Shown in pieces: positions 34,501 through 35,129 of a DNA stretch of 35,129 bases. The notes under the pieces are model-generated. The model saw nothing but the letters and a program-made list of their open reading frames with translations, was not told the origin of the DNA and ran no database searches. Source of the DNA: Octopus bimaculoides (taxonomy: Eukaryota); assembly GCF_001194135.2 (NCBI RefSeq), contig NC_068990.1, positions 48,953,211 through 48,988,339 on the forward strand. The letters are read 5' to 3'. A program made the translations under genes and the position numbers. Each line of letters opens with the position of its first letter. Within the stretch, counting starts at the first letter, position 1.

Positions 34501-34796
34501 GTGTAAACTAATTCATTCTATATTAGAACTTGGCTGTGCTACTGGCCTGAGAATAAATGCTCATAGTAACAACACCGTTATAACGAGGCACAAAATGATG
34601 CTTTAGGCAAAGTTTTTAGACAACAGAGAATATCTGTTTTTGTCTGAATTGATTGCATTAATAAAATCCAATTTTACAAACTCTTTTTTCTGGACCAATT
34701 TTGATTACAAAAAGGATTTGCAATGGGCCTTAGCTGTAGTAGCTGGTTATCTTTTTTTCACTTTAGGTCCAAACATTTTCATTTGTCTGAGATTTG

Positions 34797-35129
34797 GAAG
34801 ACAATTGGAGATTTCTGCGGGACAACCTGTTGAAAGCCACCGACCAGATTTGTGGGTGGTGTAAGGTCCCCTCCCAACCCAGAGTAACGTGGTGGTGGAA
34901 CAAGGAGGTAGACAGGGCTATTAGACAAAAGAAACAAGCTTGGAAGGACTGGAAGAACGGTGGTAGCAGGGAATTGTACCAATGTGCCAGAAGGGAGGCT
35001 AGGCGACAGGTTTATTTAGCCAGAGGGGAAGCAGATAAGGAAAGATTTGCCAATGTTCTGCGCCGTGAGGACCAAAGACTCGAGGTATTTCGGGTTGCAA
35101 GACAGTGTAGGAGAGAGAATAGTGATGTT
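34797..35129 (+). mobile_element. RTE LINE ORF2 linker region, 5'-truncated, runs off the window
   Basis: 111 uninterrupted codons EDNWRFLRDNLLKATDQICGWCKVPSQPRVTWWWNKEVDRAIRQKKQAWKDW...RRENSDV, homologous to the minus copy at about 2520-2820. Confidence 0.9.

Noticed and set aside
32566-35129. Upstream Ras exons (G1-G3: GxxxxGKS, DTAGQEE)
   Set aside because: No such motifs found on the minus strand in the remaining window; presumably beyond 35129.
1-35129. CRISPR arrays, rRNA or bona fide tRNA genes
   Set aside because: Eukaryotic DNA with no repeat-spacer arrays; the tRNA-like A/B boxes belong to SINE heads and do not form cloverleaves.

Overview
AT-rich, microsatellite- and transposon-dense animal genomic DNA from a gapped scaffold (six N-runs). 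The repeat families look like those I associate with Octopus; this is an inference, not a database result. The only host gene I can support is the 3' half of an R-Ras2/TC21 (Ras64B-like) small GTPase on the minus strand. It has three coding exons (32565-32457, 23126-23008, 17079-17007) with canonical AG/GT sites and consistent phases. They splice to ...[99 protein letters not shown]. Two of these exons are absent from the ORF track, and the 5' exons were not found in the window. The rest is mostly mobile DNA: four RTE-clade LINE fragments, a Tigger/pogo transposase relic interrupted by a SINE, a Gypsy integrase relic, many tRNA-type SINE copies, a 1.2-kb LTR-like element and simple repeats. 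The most unusual structure is a 196-bp foldback at 14863-15058 whose two arms each carry a degenerate minimal type-I hammerhead ribozyme fold followed by AATAAA (Penelope-like pseudo-LTR signature), about 2 kb downstream of the Ras stop codon. Other notable items are a PHD-type C4HC3 finger embedded in the RTE reverse transcriptase, a CCaX lipidation motif on the Ras protein, and the promoter-bearing LTR-like insertion in the last Ras intron.
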